A stretch of DNA of 63,959 nucleotides, the filler included, from Octopus bimaculoides (lineage: Eukaryota): NCBI RefSeq assembly GCF_001194135.2. It is 4 parts of 4 records of this genome, joined end to end, with 100 filler letters (N's around TTAATTAATTAA, not from the genome) between each part and the next. Parts side by side here need not be neighbours in the genome. Positions count along the whole stretch, not along the records: positions 45,850 to 61,816 come from NC_068981.1; positions 61,917 to 63,959 come from NW_026307323.1; 2 more parts are not named here. One strand, 5' to 3'. The notes below the pieces were generated by a model. The model had not been told where the DNA came from, did no database searches, and saw nothing but the letters and a program-made list of their open reading frames with translations. Below are positions 50,065 to 63,959 of this stretch, piece after piece (position 1 is the stretch's first letter; every line of letters begins with the position of its first letter). The translations under genes and the position numbers were made by a program.

Positions 50065-53000
50065 TACTTTGCTTTACCTACCTTTTACCAACTCACCTTT
50101 TCTTACCCTTCTAACCAATTTCTCTCACTCATCTACCACATTACAACAAGTTTATTTTTTACTATATCCAACAGGTTTGTACAAAGAATTTCCCAAAATG
50201 CATCACCTTACCTTAGTGACGTTTACTATTACTCTGTTACACATTCGCAATAGTTTTTCCTGCCACGTCACCTACCCGTCCTTCTGTTGCCACACCATTC
50301 TATCAACTGCTACTGATACTTCCAAACTTTATCAAACAACTATTTATATGGAATTTCAAGCAATACTTTCGAAACAACACATTAGAATGACATGCTGACA
50401 TCAATAAATTGCTCCCAACTCTTTGATAATTTTCTTTCTTCTATTTGAAAAGAGAATGTGTTCCCAAAATATAGCAGGCTCTTTAAACGACTAACGTAAG
50501 GTAATGCATTATCTTTTCTCTTTTTCTTTTCATCCAATGATATCACCGTACATGTTTAACTTAATTCCTCATCTGCATTGTTCAACGATTTTTATACAAA
50601 CGTTTATCTCATTTACACATATTGCAATGCTTTAAGCAAATTACAATACACTTTTATCCCTACACCTTAACCAGGCTAAATCTGTGACTATAATAAAATT
50701 ATTCAATCTTTCGGAGAAACGTGCCAATTTCGTCAGCCAAATCAATTTCCTTAAATGCTGTTTGAAAGCCGATGTCATCCCGCCAATATTATCCGCAACA
50801 TCCATTCATCTATATTCTTTCAATCGCTCCGAATCAATAATTCCTTGAACTTCTTACACCGGTGTTGCATTAAGAAACTTCTACAGTATCTACATCGCCA
50901 ACTTCATCTAATCACATCTTAAATCTTAACCCAACAACAAATGTACAACTATAGGATTTAGCCACTACCTTAGACCAATGCTATCATAACTCCACAGATC
51001 TAGACAAAAACCACGGATTAAACGTAAATTTCCCTGGATCTGTAACAAACACTATTCGCACTTGGACATTATTTTAATTAATTAGTTCTTCTGTCGTTGT
51101 CGACAATGACCATGGACATCATATGCGAGAAGACAGAGCATGGTGTGTCTGGCTCCAGATGTGGCCGATCAGTCTGATGTATGCTCGGAAGGTCCAACCG
51201 CAGATCGGGCATTGGTGGTCTGTTGGGACTGAAAGCAAGGAGTTGGCTCTGGGCCTGCGTAGTTCGCGTTTTCTTTGTGTCACTGCAACCTTATTCTGTC
51301 CATAGTGTGTGAGATCTCTGTTGGTGCATCTTCGGCATGCAGGCTGGTCTTGTATTTGCGTTTCCCAGGTGTCGGTGTTGATCTCAAAGCTCTTCAATGA
51401 GGGTTTGAGTGTGTCCTTGAAGCACTTTTTCTGTTCGCCTTGCTTGCGCTTGCCTTCCACCAGTTCACCGTAAAGCAGCCCCACTTGGACAAACACTCCT
51501 CTAAAACTCAGACTAATAATATACTCTATCACGCAATCAGACATCACAGTCCAACATCCACTCTTAATAAACCTAACTGCATCTCTTTCCCACTCTGAAC
51601 TCGAACTTCTTAGTACTAGACCCAAATTCATCCTAACACAAAGGTTCGATGACAAAGTTATGATTGATATGAAAATTAGTTTCTGCTGTACAGACTACCA
51701 ATTGAAAAGAATGTCTAATCTCAACTCCTACAACAACCACACCACCACTATGACTTGTACCACTCTCCCCATATCACCACTAGGATTAGAGCTTCTCCCA
51801 GTCCACAGTATACTCTCTACCTGTCACCTCGATAGGCCTTGTCCACCTATCCCGTCAACCATGAACTCAATCTTAAATTTGAGGAACTGAAGAGACTTAC
51901 TTTCAAATCCTTCATGAGCACACATCTAACCCCTAACTCTCTTATTGACAGCATCTGGCTATGTAAAGCATCATATATAAAGACCTAATTTATAACTCAT
52001 TGAACAAAAGAAATGAATTCTGTATCGTTATCCAATTTAGTTACAAACGCCTTAGCACTTGGACATCTTGACAACAACAGTCTTTGTATGATAGTCACAA
52101 ACATAACATGCTCCCAGATTGAAGACCACATCAGCACCACTTGAACTAAGATCTATAACCAGAGAAACGTCCGTTGCAAATTTAAGAACAACAGGAACTG
52201 CCAAAGAATTTTACGCTTCCTATGATCATCTATCTTATTAAAATAGGTGGCCCTGGGCCCGATCTAAATTAAACCAACTGTCTTTAGTATCAATAGAACT
52301 CTTTACAAAGCTTCCTGACTCTTCTTAAGGATATTTAGACCTCTGGTATGTTCTTTCCCTGATCATTTGGTCTGCTCAGATGAGATTATTCAGAGACTCC
52401 ACTGATCCCGACCAGCAGGCATGTTTTAGCCTCGATGTAATTATCTCTCAGCTCCTCTGTACACGTCCTCACACGGAGCTTTTTATCTGGTGACAGACTG
52501 CACTATCTCTTGTAAAGTCAACTACTACAGTCTCACCGCTACGGACATCCACCAACTTTCCGTCATTGTTACAAACACAGAATTCGCCCTTCACACCTAA
52601 CAAAACTCTGGGATCCAGTCTTTTAAGTCTGCTGCCTTATGGAGTACATGAATGCTTTGGAAAGCTGAGGATCCACAACCAGCGATTCCTACTCTTTCTT
52701 TACAAGGTACCTTGATGATGTTATTATTCTTACGACTTTTCGCACTGGAGCAAATTCTATCTTTGACACATTCAATAATATTGATAAGTGCATTTATTTC
52801 ACAGTGGAACAGGCCGACGAAACAAGAGCTCGCCCTCTACCTGACTTTGTAATCAACACTTCAAAAGGTGATATCACTGCAAGATTCTATAAAAACGGTC
52901 TGCATATACCTCACCAAGCACTTTAAGTGATTCCAACCCCTCAGTGCCAAGAACAATTACATCTAAAATGAAGTTTCTTGCATTCGTAACTAATGTAGCG

Positions 53001-53400
53001 AGGCGACTGGCCGAGCTATTTATATCGCAAATTTCCTAAAGTTTGAAACTCAAAGGATACCCCCATATCTTTCACCGTTCTCTACAAGGTTCACGGCATA
53101 AAATATAGAACAACCATTACAAGGATACTGCCTTCTTTAAACTTAGCAAGCTTATTGCCTTCGCCCTTCAGAAAGCCATTCGTGAAGAGCGGTCAGTTAT
53201 ACATACCTCTGACCAACTCTAGATCCTCAATGCATTGAGTACTTGTCAAAAAAACACTTCCCGAGACTAACATCAGTTATATCTTAACAACTTGCCCTAG
53301 CTGTGACACAGACATATGTCTCCGTGAATAAGTATTGTACCAGGTCAGAAGCGATAAATCTGGAGATCGTTATATCGCCAGCACGATCTGGAATCTCCAC
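49320..53400 (+). mobile_element. Highly decayed Penelope-like element (RT + GIY-YIG)
   Basis: Remnant motifs in order: INFLKCCLKADVIP (~50740), INLTASLSHSELELLSTRPKF (~51570-51630), FSLDVI (~52425), FDTFNNIDKCIYFTVEQ (~52770) and YILT-CPSC-TYV (GIY-YIG-like, ~53280). Boundaries approximate. Confidence 0.65.
51069..51481 (-). mobile_element. RTE/BovB-like LINE 3' fragment nested in the Penelope ORF, with 10-bp TSD
   Basis: LLYGELVEGKRKQGEQKKCFKDTLK...CPICGWTFRAYIRLIGH (terminal zinc knuckle). CACTTGGACA is duplicated at 51059-51068 and 51482-51491. Confidence 0.88.
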
Positions 53401-53496
53401 TCGTAGATCAAAAAAAGCATTTAAGCACAGGAGATTCGTCGTATGTGTGTGGGTTCTTCCTTGTCGATGTGTTTTTATCCATCTATCCATCCATCC

Positions 53497-53589
<93 letters not shown>

Positions 53590-53594
53590 ACTAC

Positions 53595-53625
<31 letters not shown>

Positions 53626-53830
53626 CATGTCTGAATGTTTAAGATGATCTAGTCACAAACGTGAGATCATGCAGATCTAACATGAGAACTACATTAACTT
53701 TAAACGTGTCGTTGGTATATTCAACCGCTTACGTATTAATTCAATGAACAGATAAATCAATTGATTAAAGGATTCAGTCATCTTCGTCAGTATCGATAGT
53801 GATATATTTGTGTATTCTTATGCGCGCACG

Positions 53831-53929
<99 letters not shown>

Positions 53930-54044
53930 TTGTGTGTGCATGTATTTATATGTATCTACATACATATAAAAAGAACTATATATACGTACATACATATAAA
54001 TGCACTATATATATATATACATACATATAAGAAGAACTGTGTAT

Positions 54045-54208
54045 AGGCGCAGGAGTGGCTGTGTGGTAAGTAGCTTGCTTACCAACCACATGGTTCCGGG
54101 TTCTGTCCCACTGTGTGGCACTTTGGACAAGTGTCTCCTACTATAGCCTCGGGCTGACTAAAGCCTTGTGAGTGGATTTGGTAGACGGAAACTTAAAGAA
54201 GCCTGTCG

Positions 54209-54241
<33 letters not shown>

Positions 54242-54465
54242 GTGTGTGTTTGTGTCTCTGTGTTTGTCCCCCCAACATCGCTTGACAACCGATGCTGGTG
54301 TGTTTACGTCCCCGTAACTTAGCGGTTCGGTAAAAGAAACCGATAGAATAAATACTAGGCTTCTAAAGAATAAGTCCTGGGGTCGATTTGTTCGACGAAA
54401 GGCGGTGCTCCAGCATGGCCGCAGTCAAATGACCGAAACAAGTAAAAGAGTAAAAGAGTAAAAGA
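54045..54465 (+). mobile_element. SINE family B full copy
   Basis: AGGCGCAGGAGTGGCTGTGTGGTAAG head, internal (TA/TG)n, and (GTAAAAGA)n tail. Confidence 0.9.
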
Positions 54466-54582
54466 GATGATCTGTCTGTACCTTTTTCTTTTTTTGTTAT
54501 TCGATCTTCTATAAAACCCCTACTTTTGGTAACTTGCCTTTACCCAATAATTCCGGGATATATAATTTATGAACAAAACCAG

Positions 54583-54972
54583 GCTCAGGCATGGCTGCGT
54601 GATAAGAAGCTTGCTTCCAAACCACATGGTTCCAGGTTCAATCCCACTGCGTGGCCCCTTGGGCAGGTGTCTTCTACAATAACTTCGGGCCGACAAAAGC
54701 CTTGTGAGTGGATTTGGTAGACGGAAACTGAAAGAAGCCCGTCGTATATGTATGTATGTATTTGTGTGTCTGTGTTTGTCCCCCTACCATCGCTTGGTAA
54801 CCGTCGTTGGTGTGTTTACGTCCCTGTAAATTAGTGGTTCTTCAAAAGTGACCGATAGAATAAGTACTAGGCTTACAAAGAATAAGCCCTGGGGTCGATT
54901 TCTTCGACTAAAAGGCGGTGCTCCAGCATGGCCGCAGTCAAAATGACTGAAACAGGTAAAAGAATAAAAGAA
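54583..54972 (+). mobile_element. SINE family B full copy
   Basis: Same consensus as 54045-54465, in tandem orientation. Confidence 0.9.
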
Positions 54973-55079
54973 CAAACCCCGTCCCCATCAGGCTTAATAT
55001 GATAAAGTACTAGTCAAGTACTACTATGCCCCTCAAAACTACTGATTTGGCTCGTGTCTAAATTAGGAGCAATTATTAT

Positions 55080-55417
55080 TCTTTTCTACTTTACGTACAA
55101 GGCCCGAAATTTTTGGGGTGGGGGCCAGTCGATTAGATCGACCCTAGTAAACAATTGGTACTTAATTTATCGACCCCGAAAGGACGAAAGGCAAAGTCGA
55201 CCTCGGCGGAATTTGAACTCAGAACGTAACGGCAGACGAAATACCGCTAAGCATTTCGCCCGGCATGCTAACGTTTCTTATTTCTTTATTGCCCACAAGG
55301 GGCTACACACAGAGGGGACAAACAAGGACAGACAGAGGGATTAAGTCGATTACATCGACTCCAGTGCGTAACTGGTACTTATTTTATCGACCCCCGAAAT
55401 GATAAAAGGCAAAGTCG
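55080..55417 (-). mobile_element. Two stacked SINE family A copies
   Basis: Same arrangement as 7447-7888; truncated by a gap. Confidence 0.8.
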
Positions 55418-56203
55418 NNNNNNNNNNNNNNNNNNNNNNNNNNNNNNNNNNNNNNNNNNNNNNNNNNNNNNNNNNNNNNNNNNNNNNNNNNNNNNNNNNN
55501 NNNNNNNNNNNNNNNNNNNNNNNNNNNNNNNNNNNNNNNNNNNNNNNNNNNNNNNNNNNNNNNNNNNNNNNNNNNNNNNNNNNNNNNNNNNNNNNNNNNN
55601 NNNNNNNNNNNNNNNNNNNNNNNNNNNNNNNNNNNNNNNNNNNNNNNNNNNNNNNNNNNNNNNNNNNNNNNNNNNNNNNNNNNNNNNNNNNNNNNNNNNN
55701 NNNNNNNNGAGATCTATAAAATCAAGAACAAGGTTCGATGAAATCGTTTAATCCATCCCTAAAAATTATTCATTTTCTTTGTGCCCAAGTTAGAAATTAT
55801 TCTACTAGCCATAATATTTCGGTTTAAAATGCTTAAGAAGTGATATACAGGGACATAAGTTTCTTTTAAAATCAAAGAAACAGCTAAAGTAAAATTTTCA
55901 TGTACGAATCGAAACCTGTTAGCGAAGTCGAGTCGCTGTGAAGTTTTCTTTTTTTTTTTTTTTGCTGCACAGAGGGAAGACTATGGATCCCTCGAACCGA
56001 TAGAAAGTTGCAGGAGAAATGTAGCAAAATTACCGATGTATGCAATGCATGACTGTTACTTCATCTATTGACTTGGACGGCAGAGAGGACTGAAAACTAG
56101 AATTAAACAAATGAGAATATAAAAATGGAATCCAGCACTCAGCCATTCCATTCCATCCATCCATCCAGCTATCCACCCATCTTTCTCTGTCTTCCTTTAT
56201 CTC

Positions 56204-56303
<100 letters not shown>

Positions 56304-56419
56304 CACACACGCAGGGCACATATACAGATGTATATATTTCTATTAAATGTGTGCATGTGTATTGTGAGTAGATGCATACAGATAAAGAAACGGAAGACTG
56401 GCATGATTCAGTCAGTGCC

Positions 56420-56474
<55 letters not shown>

Positions 56475-56772
56475 AGACACACAGACACACACACACAAAC
56501 GTGAGTGCGTGTGTGCATATGTGTGTATATGTACTAATGTACGGAACTCTCTGCCTTTAAGTGACTTTGTAACTTCTACCGATTAAATAATATACATGTA
56601 TACTTATGTTTTGATTTCTATTATTCTATATATGTCTATGAATATATATCAATATTTATTAATGGAGTGACTCAAGGGCTGAGAGTTTCGTGCGTTGGTA
56701 AGTGCTAACACACGAAATTCTCGACCCTTGATTCACTCATCAGTTTTACTTTTCCTATTTGCATCGCCAAAG

Positions 56773-56828
<56 letters not shown>

Positions 56829-56879
56829 ATACATACACACATGTATACACAATGACTTGAGTGAAAAGTTGATAGCAAA

Positions 56880-57091
56880 ATAGAGAGAAAAGTATAGAGA
56901 AAAGGGTCCGAAAGATGGGAAGAGACGAAAGAAATAAAAGGGATCAGGAAGTAAAATAGTGTCTGCGAGAAAAAAAACAGCACGGAAAAAGAGAAAGAAA
57001 AGGCAGCGAGAGAAAGAGAGAGAGAGAGGGTGAGAGAGAGAGAGGGGGTGAGAGAGAGGGAGAGAGAGAGAGAGAGAGAGTGAGAGTGAGA

Positions 57092-57128
<37 letters not shown>

Positions 57129-57129
57129 T

Positions 57130-57161
<32 letters not shown>

Positions 57162-57350
57162 TAATCTAAGCATGAAATGATAAATATCATTTTTAAAAAT
57201 ACCTGACATATTAATGAATAAATAATATATAATGTTGAATAAATATTATATGATATTGAATAAATAATAGTTTTTAACGAAGGTAAACCGGAATAAAGAG
57301 TAGGAAAAGAAAGAAAGAAAGTGAAGAAGTAGAGAGAGAAAGAGAGAAAA
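56880..57350 (+). repeat. GA-rich polypurine tract
   Basis: (GA)n-dominated sequence. Confidence 0.85.
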
Positions 57351-57542
57351 AAGGAATATCGGCGGAGTTTTAGTTGATGTTTGTTCTGTTGCCGATGTTC
57401 AGCAGCGCCACTGTCGTCTGCTCACTATTAACTTTGTCGTTTCACTTGTGTTACTGGCTTCAACTGTGGCTCGTAGCATCATCAGTTTAATTTGTAAACG
57501 GACGACAACGATAACAAACAGCCTCCATATACAGGGGTCAAT

Positions 57543-57588
57543 ATGTTTACAGTGGATGAAATTAGTAAATGCAAAAGGAAAAGACGTG
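57543..57588 (+). CDS. Candidate first coding exon (MFTVDEISKCKRKRR-G) or 36-nt internal exon
   Basis: ATG with an upstream in-frame stop, a CGT G|GTAAGA consensus donor and a CpG-containing leader at 57355-57540. An alternative acceptor TTTACAG| ends at 57552. Confidence 0.2.
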
Positions 57589-58066
57589 GTAAGACTTTAT
57601 TTAGCCATTTTCAATGTTATTCTTTTCTTCATATTTTCTATACATTGGTGTGATGTTTGCATATTCTCTTTTATTTTTCGTTTGTAACTTGTTTGTTTAT
57701 AGCTAATTTATATTTTCCTATTATGCAATCTCTATTTATTAACTTTCATTGAAATTATTGTGCAGGTATTTCAGTTTTTTCTTTGTAGTTGTAAACTTTT
57801 TGTTTATAAATACTTGCTTCATATTTCGATTATAATCGTCTGCCAATCTTTTTATCACCGCTTGTCGGTCGGTCTACCTGTTAATATATATCCCTTCCAT
57901 CTCTCTTCTCCCCACTTTTTTTTTTCAGTGTATACATACATACTTTAGCTTTTTACCAGATACGCGCTTACCAAATTTTCTACCATTCTTTAAACAAAAC
58001 AAAATATAAGAACATTGTATATATACTTATTAATTTAGCCTTCCACGTTTATCTAGGGTATGTACG

Positions 58067-58129
<63 letters not shown>

Positions 58130-58142
58130 GTCTATCTGTCTG

Positions 58143-58214
<72 letters not shown>

Positions 58215-58310
58215 CATGAGGTGTGTGTGCGTGTGTATGTGTATGAATGCATACACATATATATATATATATATATATATCCCCTTATACACACACATAC
58301 ATACATTATA

Positions 58311-58344
<34 letters not shown>

Positions 58345-58410
58345 ACGTATGACTTTATATATCAGCATGCATATACATCTATAATATGTGTGCAACTACA
58401 TAGGTGTGTA

Positions 58411-58467
<57 letters not shown>

Positions 58468-59984
58468 TTAATTTTTCGCTTGGTACTCGGCGTATGTATC
58501 GGTACTGAACACACCGTATGGTTGTCTATCTATCTACCTATCTATATGTCAAACTCTCTCTATGTATCTATGTATTTTTCAATTTTTATACCCGCCAAGG
58601 CACATTCGCATACACACACAATCACATATTAAAACACGGACATGCACACACACACAGACAGACACATGTATGCATAATATTAGACATTATAAACAGCAAA
58701 TTGATAGAGGAGTAAACAACAGGCCCACGCAAGTGATACATTTGTGATTTGCATCTCTCAGTGGGTCTGTTCTTTCTGTCTCTCAAATTGACGCTTAAAA
58801 TGTTTAACATCAATGATATAATATTCCTCACATTGTTCACACACACACATACACACATACTCACACACATACACATATTTATACACAAACACACACACAT
58901 ATATGCATATATACATGTATGTATATATGTATACATATTCCTACAAACACATCTCTCTCTCTTTCTCTCTCTCTCTCCCTATATATATATATATATATAT
59001 ATNNNNNNNNNNNNNNNNNNNNNNNNNNNNNNNNNNNNNNNNNNNNNNNNNNNNNNNNNNNNNNNNNNNNNNNNNNNNNNNNNNNNNNNNNNNNNNNNNN
59101 NNNNNNNNNNNNNNNNNNNNNNNNNNNNNNNNNNNNNNNNNNNNNNNNNNNNNNNNNNNNNNNNNNNNNNNNNNNNNNNNNNNNNNNNNNNNNNNNNNNN
59201 NNNNNNNNNNNNNNNNNNNNNNNNNNNNNNNNNNNNNNNNNNNNNNNNNNNNNNNNNNNNNNNNNNNNNNNNNNNNNNNNNNNNNNNNNNNNNNNNNNNN
59301 NNNNNNNNNNNNNNNNNNNNNNNNNNNNNNNNNNNNNNNNNNNNNNNNNNNNNNNNNNNNNNNNNNNNNTATATATATATATATAATATATATATATAAT
59401 ATACATGCATGTATGTATAAATATAATGCATGTGTATGTATGCATCTAACATATATATATATATTTATTTACACAACTTAATAATTTTTTGCATAGAAAC
59501 ATGACCACACGTATTTCCATACGATGAAAGTTGTGGTTGTTCTTAATCTAAGACATGTCTGTCGAAGCAAAATAATACTCAATGACTCCACTCGTGGCCA
59601 TTCCACAATTTTTTGTAAGCATAGCGTATAGTCTACCCCTGACTACATTATCCAAAACGTGTATCTGCTCATCGTTGTTCTAAGACGGGAATTTTTGATT
59701 TGATAGAGATTCGTTTTCTATTTTTAGCATGAGTTTGGTATAAAAAAATCACAGAAAAAAATTTAAACCGATAGCAGAAGTTTATGCATAGTCAGCACTA
59801 TATTTAGCCATCTCCATGAACGACACTGTATTTGGCACCAGAGCAATTACTACCAGGCTGTCAACATTGCATCAGTGTCTCCAAGAGAAATTTAGCAAGA
59901 CTTAGGAGGAGTTCTTGCAAAATTCAAGCGAGTTGGGTGACATTTCTTTTTGTATTTCATTTTTATTTTAATTAAAAAATTTTT

Positions 59985-60520
59985 TTTTTTACTTCTTCCA
60001 GTCTTTGGACTGAGGGCATGCTGGAGGTACGGTCTCGAAGGGGTTCGTCGAACAAATCGGTTGCAATGCATCTTTTTAATCCTGGTACTTATTTTATCGA
60101 TGTATTTTTACCGAACCTCTAACTTGCAGGGACGAAAACAAACCGGCACCGGTTGCCAAGCGGTTGTAGGGAAAAACACAAACACTGACACACATACATG
60201 CATACATACATACATACATAAATACATGCATGCACGCATACATGCATACATACATGCATGTGTACATGCACACATACATACGTACATGCATACATACATA
60301 CATACAAACATACATACATACATACTTACGTATAAACATACATACATACATACATGCAACGGGCTTCTTTCAGCTTCCGTCCACCAAATCCACACACAAG
60401 GTTTTAGTCGGCCCGAGGTTATAGTACAAAACACTCGCAGAAGGTGCCGCACATTGGGATTGAACTCGTAGCTATGTCGTTGGGAAGCAAGTTTCCTACA
60501 ACGCAACCCTACGTGCACCT
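59985..60520 (-). mobile_element. SINE family B copy with expanded internal (TACA)n
   Basis: Family B 3' and 5' halves separated by ~180 bp of CATA repeat. Confidence 0.75.
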
Positions 60521-60714
60521 TTATAAAATTTATTCTAGTCTGCCAGGATTTTTTAAATTTTATTTTTTCGTGCGCGCGCGTGTGTGCGTGCTAGAAAATA
60601 ACTCTGCAGGTAGTCACTGGTCCCTTCTTAGCTTTCAGGGCCCCGGCTGATACCTACCCTTTATGGACTCGGCTTTGTGACATTGTTTGATATAATGGTA
60701 ATAGTTACACCAGT

Positions 60715-61097
60715 GGAGGCGCAATGGCCCAGTGGTTAGGGCAGCGGACACGCGGTTGTAGGATCGCGGTTTCGATCCCAGACCGGGCGTTGTAAGTGTT
60801 TATTGAGCGAAAACACCTAAAGCTCTACGAGGCTCCGGCAGCGGGTGGTGGTGGCGAACCCTGCTGTACTCTTTCGCCACAACTTTCTCTCACTCTTACT
60901 TCCTGTTTCTGTTGTGCCTGTAATTCAAAGGGCCAGCCTTGTCAGACTGTGTCACGCTGAATATCCCCGAGAACTACGTTAAGGGTACACGTGTCTGTGG
61001 AGTGTTCAACCATTTGCACATTAATTTCACGAGCAGGCTGTTCCGTTGATCGGATCAACTGGAACCCTCGACGTCGCAAGCGACGGAGTGCCAACAC
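60715..61097 (+). mobile_element. SINE family C full copy (tRNA-derived)
   Basis: A box TGGCCCAGTGG, B box GGTTTCGATCCC, 3' end GGAACCCTCGACGTCGCAAGCGACGGAGTGCCAACA shared with 1549-1654. Confidence 0.85.
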
Positions 61098-63959
61098 AAT
61101 AGTTGCACCTTGCGTGATTTTCTATATAGTTTACCTTTCCTCTATTTTATCATCACATCATCAATGGATGACAGAGGTGTAACTGAATCCTGTTGTGTTG
61201 TTGAATAACAACAGACCCGGTGAGATTGAATTTGGCTCCAAGCTACCAAAAAATATCCCTCGTGGGTCCGCTTCATTTTTTACGAGACTAAATGAATATT
61301 GTTTACAGCTTTAGATAACTCTGCTCGTAAAGTATCAATAATTTACGATGTAGACAGGCAACACTTTTGTATGAACGTTTTAAACTGTTATCATTCATAC
61401 ACGCCCAAATTTGTGCATGCACGTACACACACGCGCGCGCACACACACATACAGGCATGCATTCTCACAGCCATACATATACCTACATATACCTACATAC
61501 ACATACACTCATATACATGCATGCGCATATGTAAGCTCGTGAACCGTTTGTGTACAAATGCAAAAATGTATTAGTACTCAGGGAAAGTCAGTGTGGCACA
61601 GAATGTAGCAAGGCTAGCCTTTTGACGTACGGGTAGCCCCTGAGTGGACTGGAGCAACGTGAAATAAAGTGTCTTGCTCAAGGACACAACGTGCTGTCAC
61701 GACCTCGTGATCATGAACTGAATGCCCTAACCACTAGGCCACGCGCCTCCAGACACACACACACGTGCGCGCGCGTGCGTATATATGTATGTATGTATAT
61801 ATATATATATATATATNNNNNNNNNNNNNNNNNNNNNNNNNNNNNNNNNNNNNNNNNNNNTTAATTAATTAANNNNNNNNNNNNNNNNNNNNNNNNNNNN
61901 NNNNNNNNNNNNNNNNTATATATGTACATATGCATGTGTGTGTAAATGTAAGATCCAAGGATTAAGTTGTAAGAAGTTACTACGCTTCAAACAATCTGCA
62001 GAAGATATAAAAGCAACTTTCATGAACAATAGTGGTTTATTGGTGCAGAAGGTTGTGAATTTTTCCGGCATCGAAGTGCGATAAGCTGAAAAATGTTAAA
62101 TTTATTGTTCACGGTTAGCAACAGTGGTTGCATTTCGACCGAACCTCCAACGAAATAACACAAGATCTCCTAACGACAACATAAACTTCATATAACCAAG
62201 GTGTCTTTCGCCTGAATACACACACGCGCGCGCACACACACACGCGCGCGCGCGTGCGCGCATACACGCATTGATGAATTATGCAGAATTATTTGAATCA
62301 GGTCCAGTAAAGCATTTCACTTTTATGCTTTTTTTGTTTTAAACCGTATTCTAGGCTAGATGCTGAGTAAGAGAGTAGTATCCAATAATTATGTAATATA
62401 GTCTATACATAAGGACTTCTTGTAAAATCTTACATGATTAATCGAAAAACGTGTATTAAATACATTCATAATATAAATTGGTTTTCTCCATAGGAATTTC
62501 GTGTAGACGAAACCAAACGATTTTTCGAGACGTTCACCGCACTCTACGGTGTTATAAACATCACATCCAAGTAAGTTGGATTTGCTAATTAATATTTGTT
62601 ACAAACTATATTTCTGTCGTTAATAGCTAATATATAAATGTATATATATGTATATATATATATATATATATATNNNNNNNNNNNNNNNNNNNNNNNNNNN
62701 NNNNNNNNNNNNNNNNNNNNNNNNNNNNNNNNNNNNNNNNNNNNNNNNNNNNNNNNNNNNNNNNNNNNNNNNNNNNNNNNNNNNNNNNNNNNNNNNNNNN
62801 NNNNNNNNNNNNNNNNNNNNNNNNNNNNNNNNNNNNNNNNNNNNNNNNNNNNNNNNNNNNNNNNNNNNNNNNNNNNNNNNNNNNNNNNNNNNNNNNNNNN
62901 NNNNNNNNNNNNNNNNNNNNNNNNNNNNNNNNNNNNNNNNNNNNNNNNNNNNNNNNNNNNNNNNNNNNNNNNNNNNNNNNNNNNNNNNNNNNNNNNNNNN
63001 NNNNNNNNNNNNNNNNNNNNNNNNNNNNNNNNNNNNNNNNNNNNNNNNNNNNNNNNNNNNNNNNNNNNNNNNNNNNNNNNNNNNNNNNNNNNNNNNNNNN
63101 NNNNNNNNNNNNNNNNNNNNNNNNNNNNNNNNNNNNNNNNNNNNNNNNNNNNNNNNNNNNNNNNNNNNNNNNNNNNNNNNNNNNNNNNNNNNNNNNNNNN
63201 NNNNNNNNNNNNNNNNNNNNNNNNNNNNNNNNNNNNNNNNNNNNNNNNNNNNNNNNNNNNNNNNNNNNNNNNNNNNNNNNNNNNNNNNNNNNNNNNNNNN
63301 NNNNNNNNNNNNNNNNNNNNNNNNNNNNNNNNNNNNNNNNNNNNNNNNNNNNNNNNNNNNNNNNNNNNNNNNNNNNNNNNNNNNNNNNNNNNNNNNNNNN
63401 NNNNNNNNNNNNNNNNNNNNNNNNNNNNNNNNNNNNNATGTGCTGCACAATTCTACAAGTCTATATATTTACGGTAAAGTTCGGATGAAAAGAATCTAGA
63501 AAACAATTTCAATAACATTCTGTTTCATTGATGTACCTGTTTCCAGACACGGAAAAAAAAAAAAAAGGATAGCTCCATAGAGCAGACGTAATGACAAAGC
63601 CAATTCTTTCGAAAACCAATTGACGATTGGAAAATAAATGAAAGAAAATTCCAACAAAACAATAACAATATGATGTTATTTGTGAAGTTGCCTTCTGATC
63701 TATTTCTCTTGGCGTATGTTAAATAATTAACTCCATGTTCTATAGGAAAAAAGAAAAAAACTCATCTGGTCATCTCTTTACATAGAAAATGGCGCTATCA
63801 CCTTCAGACGTGAAGGCATATAAATTTGATTTAAACATCAGTATTTGAGTCTTCTCCCCTAGGAGTATGTTGACTTCACTTAGCTTACAAAAGTTATCCA
63901 CTTCCTTTTATACATACATACATAGATACATACATACATACATACATACATACATACAA

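Noticed and set aside
49435-50243. Identical ~185-bp segments on both sides of the gap (49435-49615 and 50060-50243)
   Set aside because: Perfect identity flanking an N gap, next to microsatellites, is typical of overlapping contig ends or uncollapsed haplotypes.
60715-60790. tRNA-like sequence with A and B boxes
   Set aside because: No full cloverleaf or acceptor stem. It continues into a SINE body, so it is a SINE head.

Overview
Eukaryotic, AT-rich, microsatellite- and transposon-saturated animal DNA from a gapped draft assembly. The SINE families, the microsatellite density and the TTAATTAATTAA gap linkers suggest a coleoid cephalopod, probably Octopus (inference, not database-verified). 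The only confidently recognisable host gene is a testis-specific serine/threonine kinase (TSSK family, CAMK group) on the + strand. Its three coding exons have canonical, phase-compatible splice sites and join into a complete ~293-aa kinase. However, they lie in the order exon 3 (5800-6297), exon 1 (17749-17830), exon 2 (23361-23662). This means either two tandem paralogues each cut by the window, a scaffolding error, or a non-colinear gene. The rest is decayed mobile DNA: five Tc1/mariner elements or fragments plus MITEs, a hAT transposase pseudogene, piggyBac remnants, RTE, RTE-X and BovB-like LINE pieces, two R4/Dong LINE pieces whose 5' ends abut (TAA)n, Penelope-like remnants with hammerhead-ribozyme motifs, a Helitron-like element, at least four tRNA-derived SINE families and foldback elements. 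A few orphan exon candidates are also present. Most ORFs in the supplied track are translations of microsatellites or N gaps. No rRNA, true tRNA or CRISPR was found.
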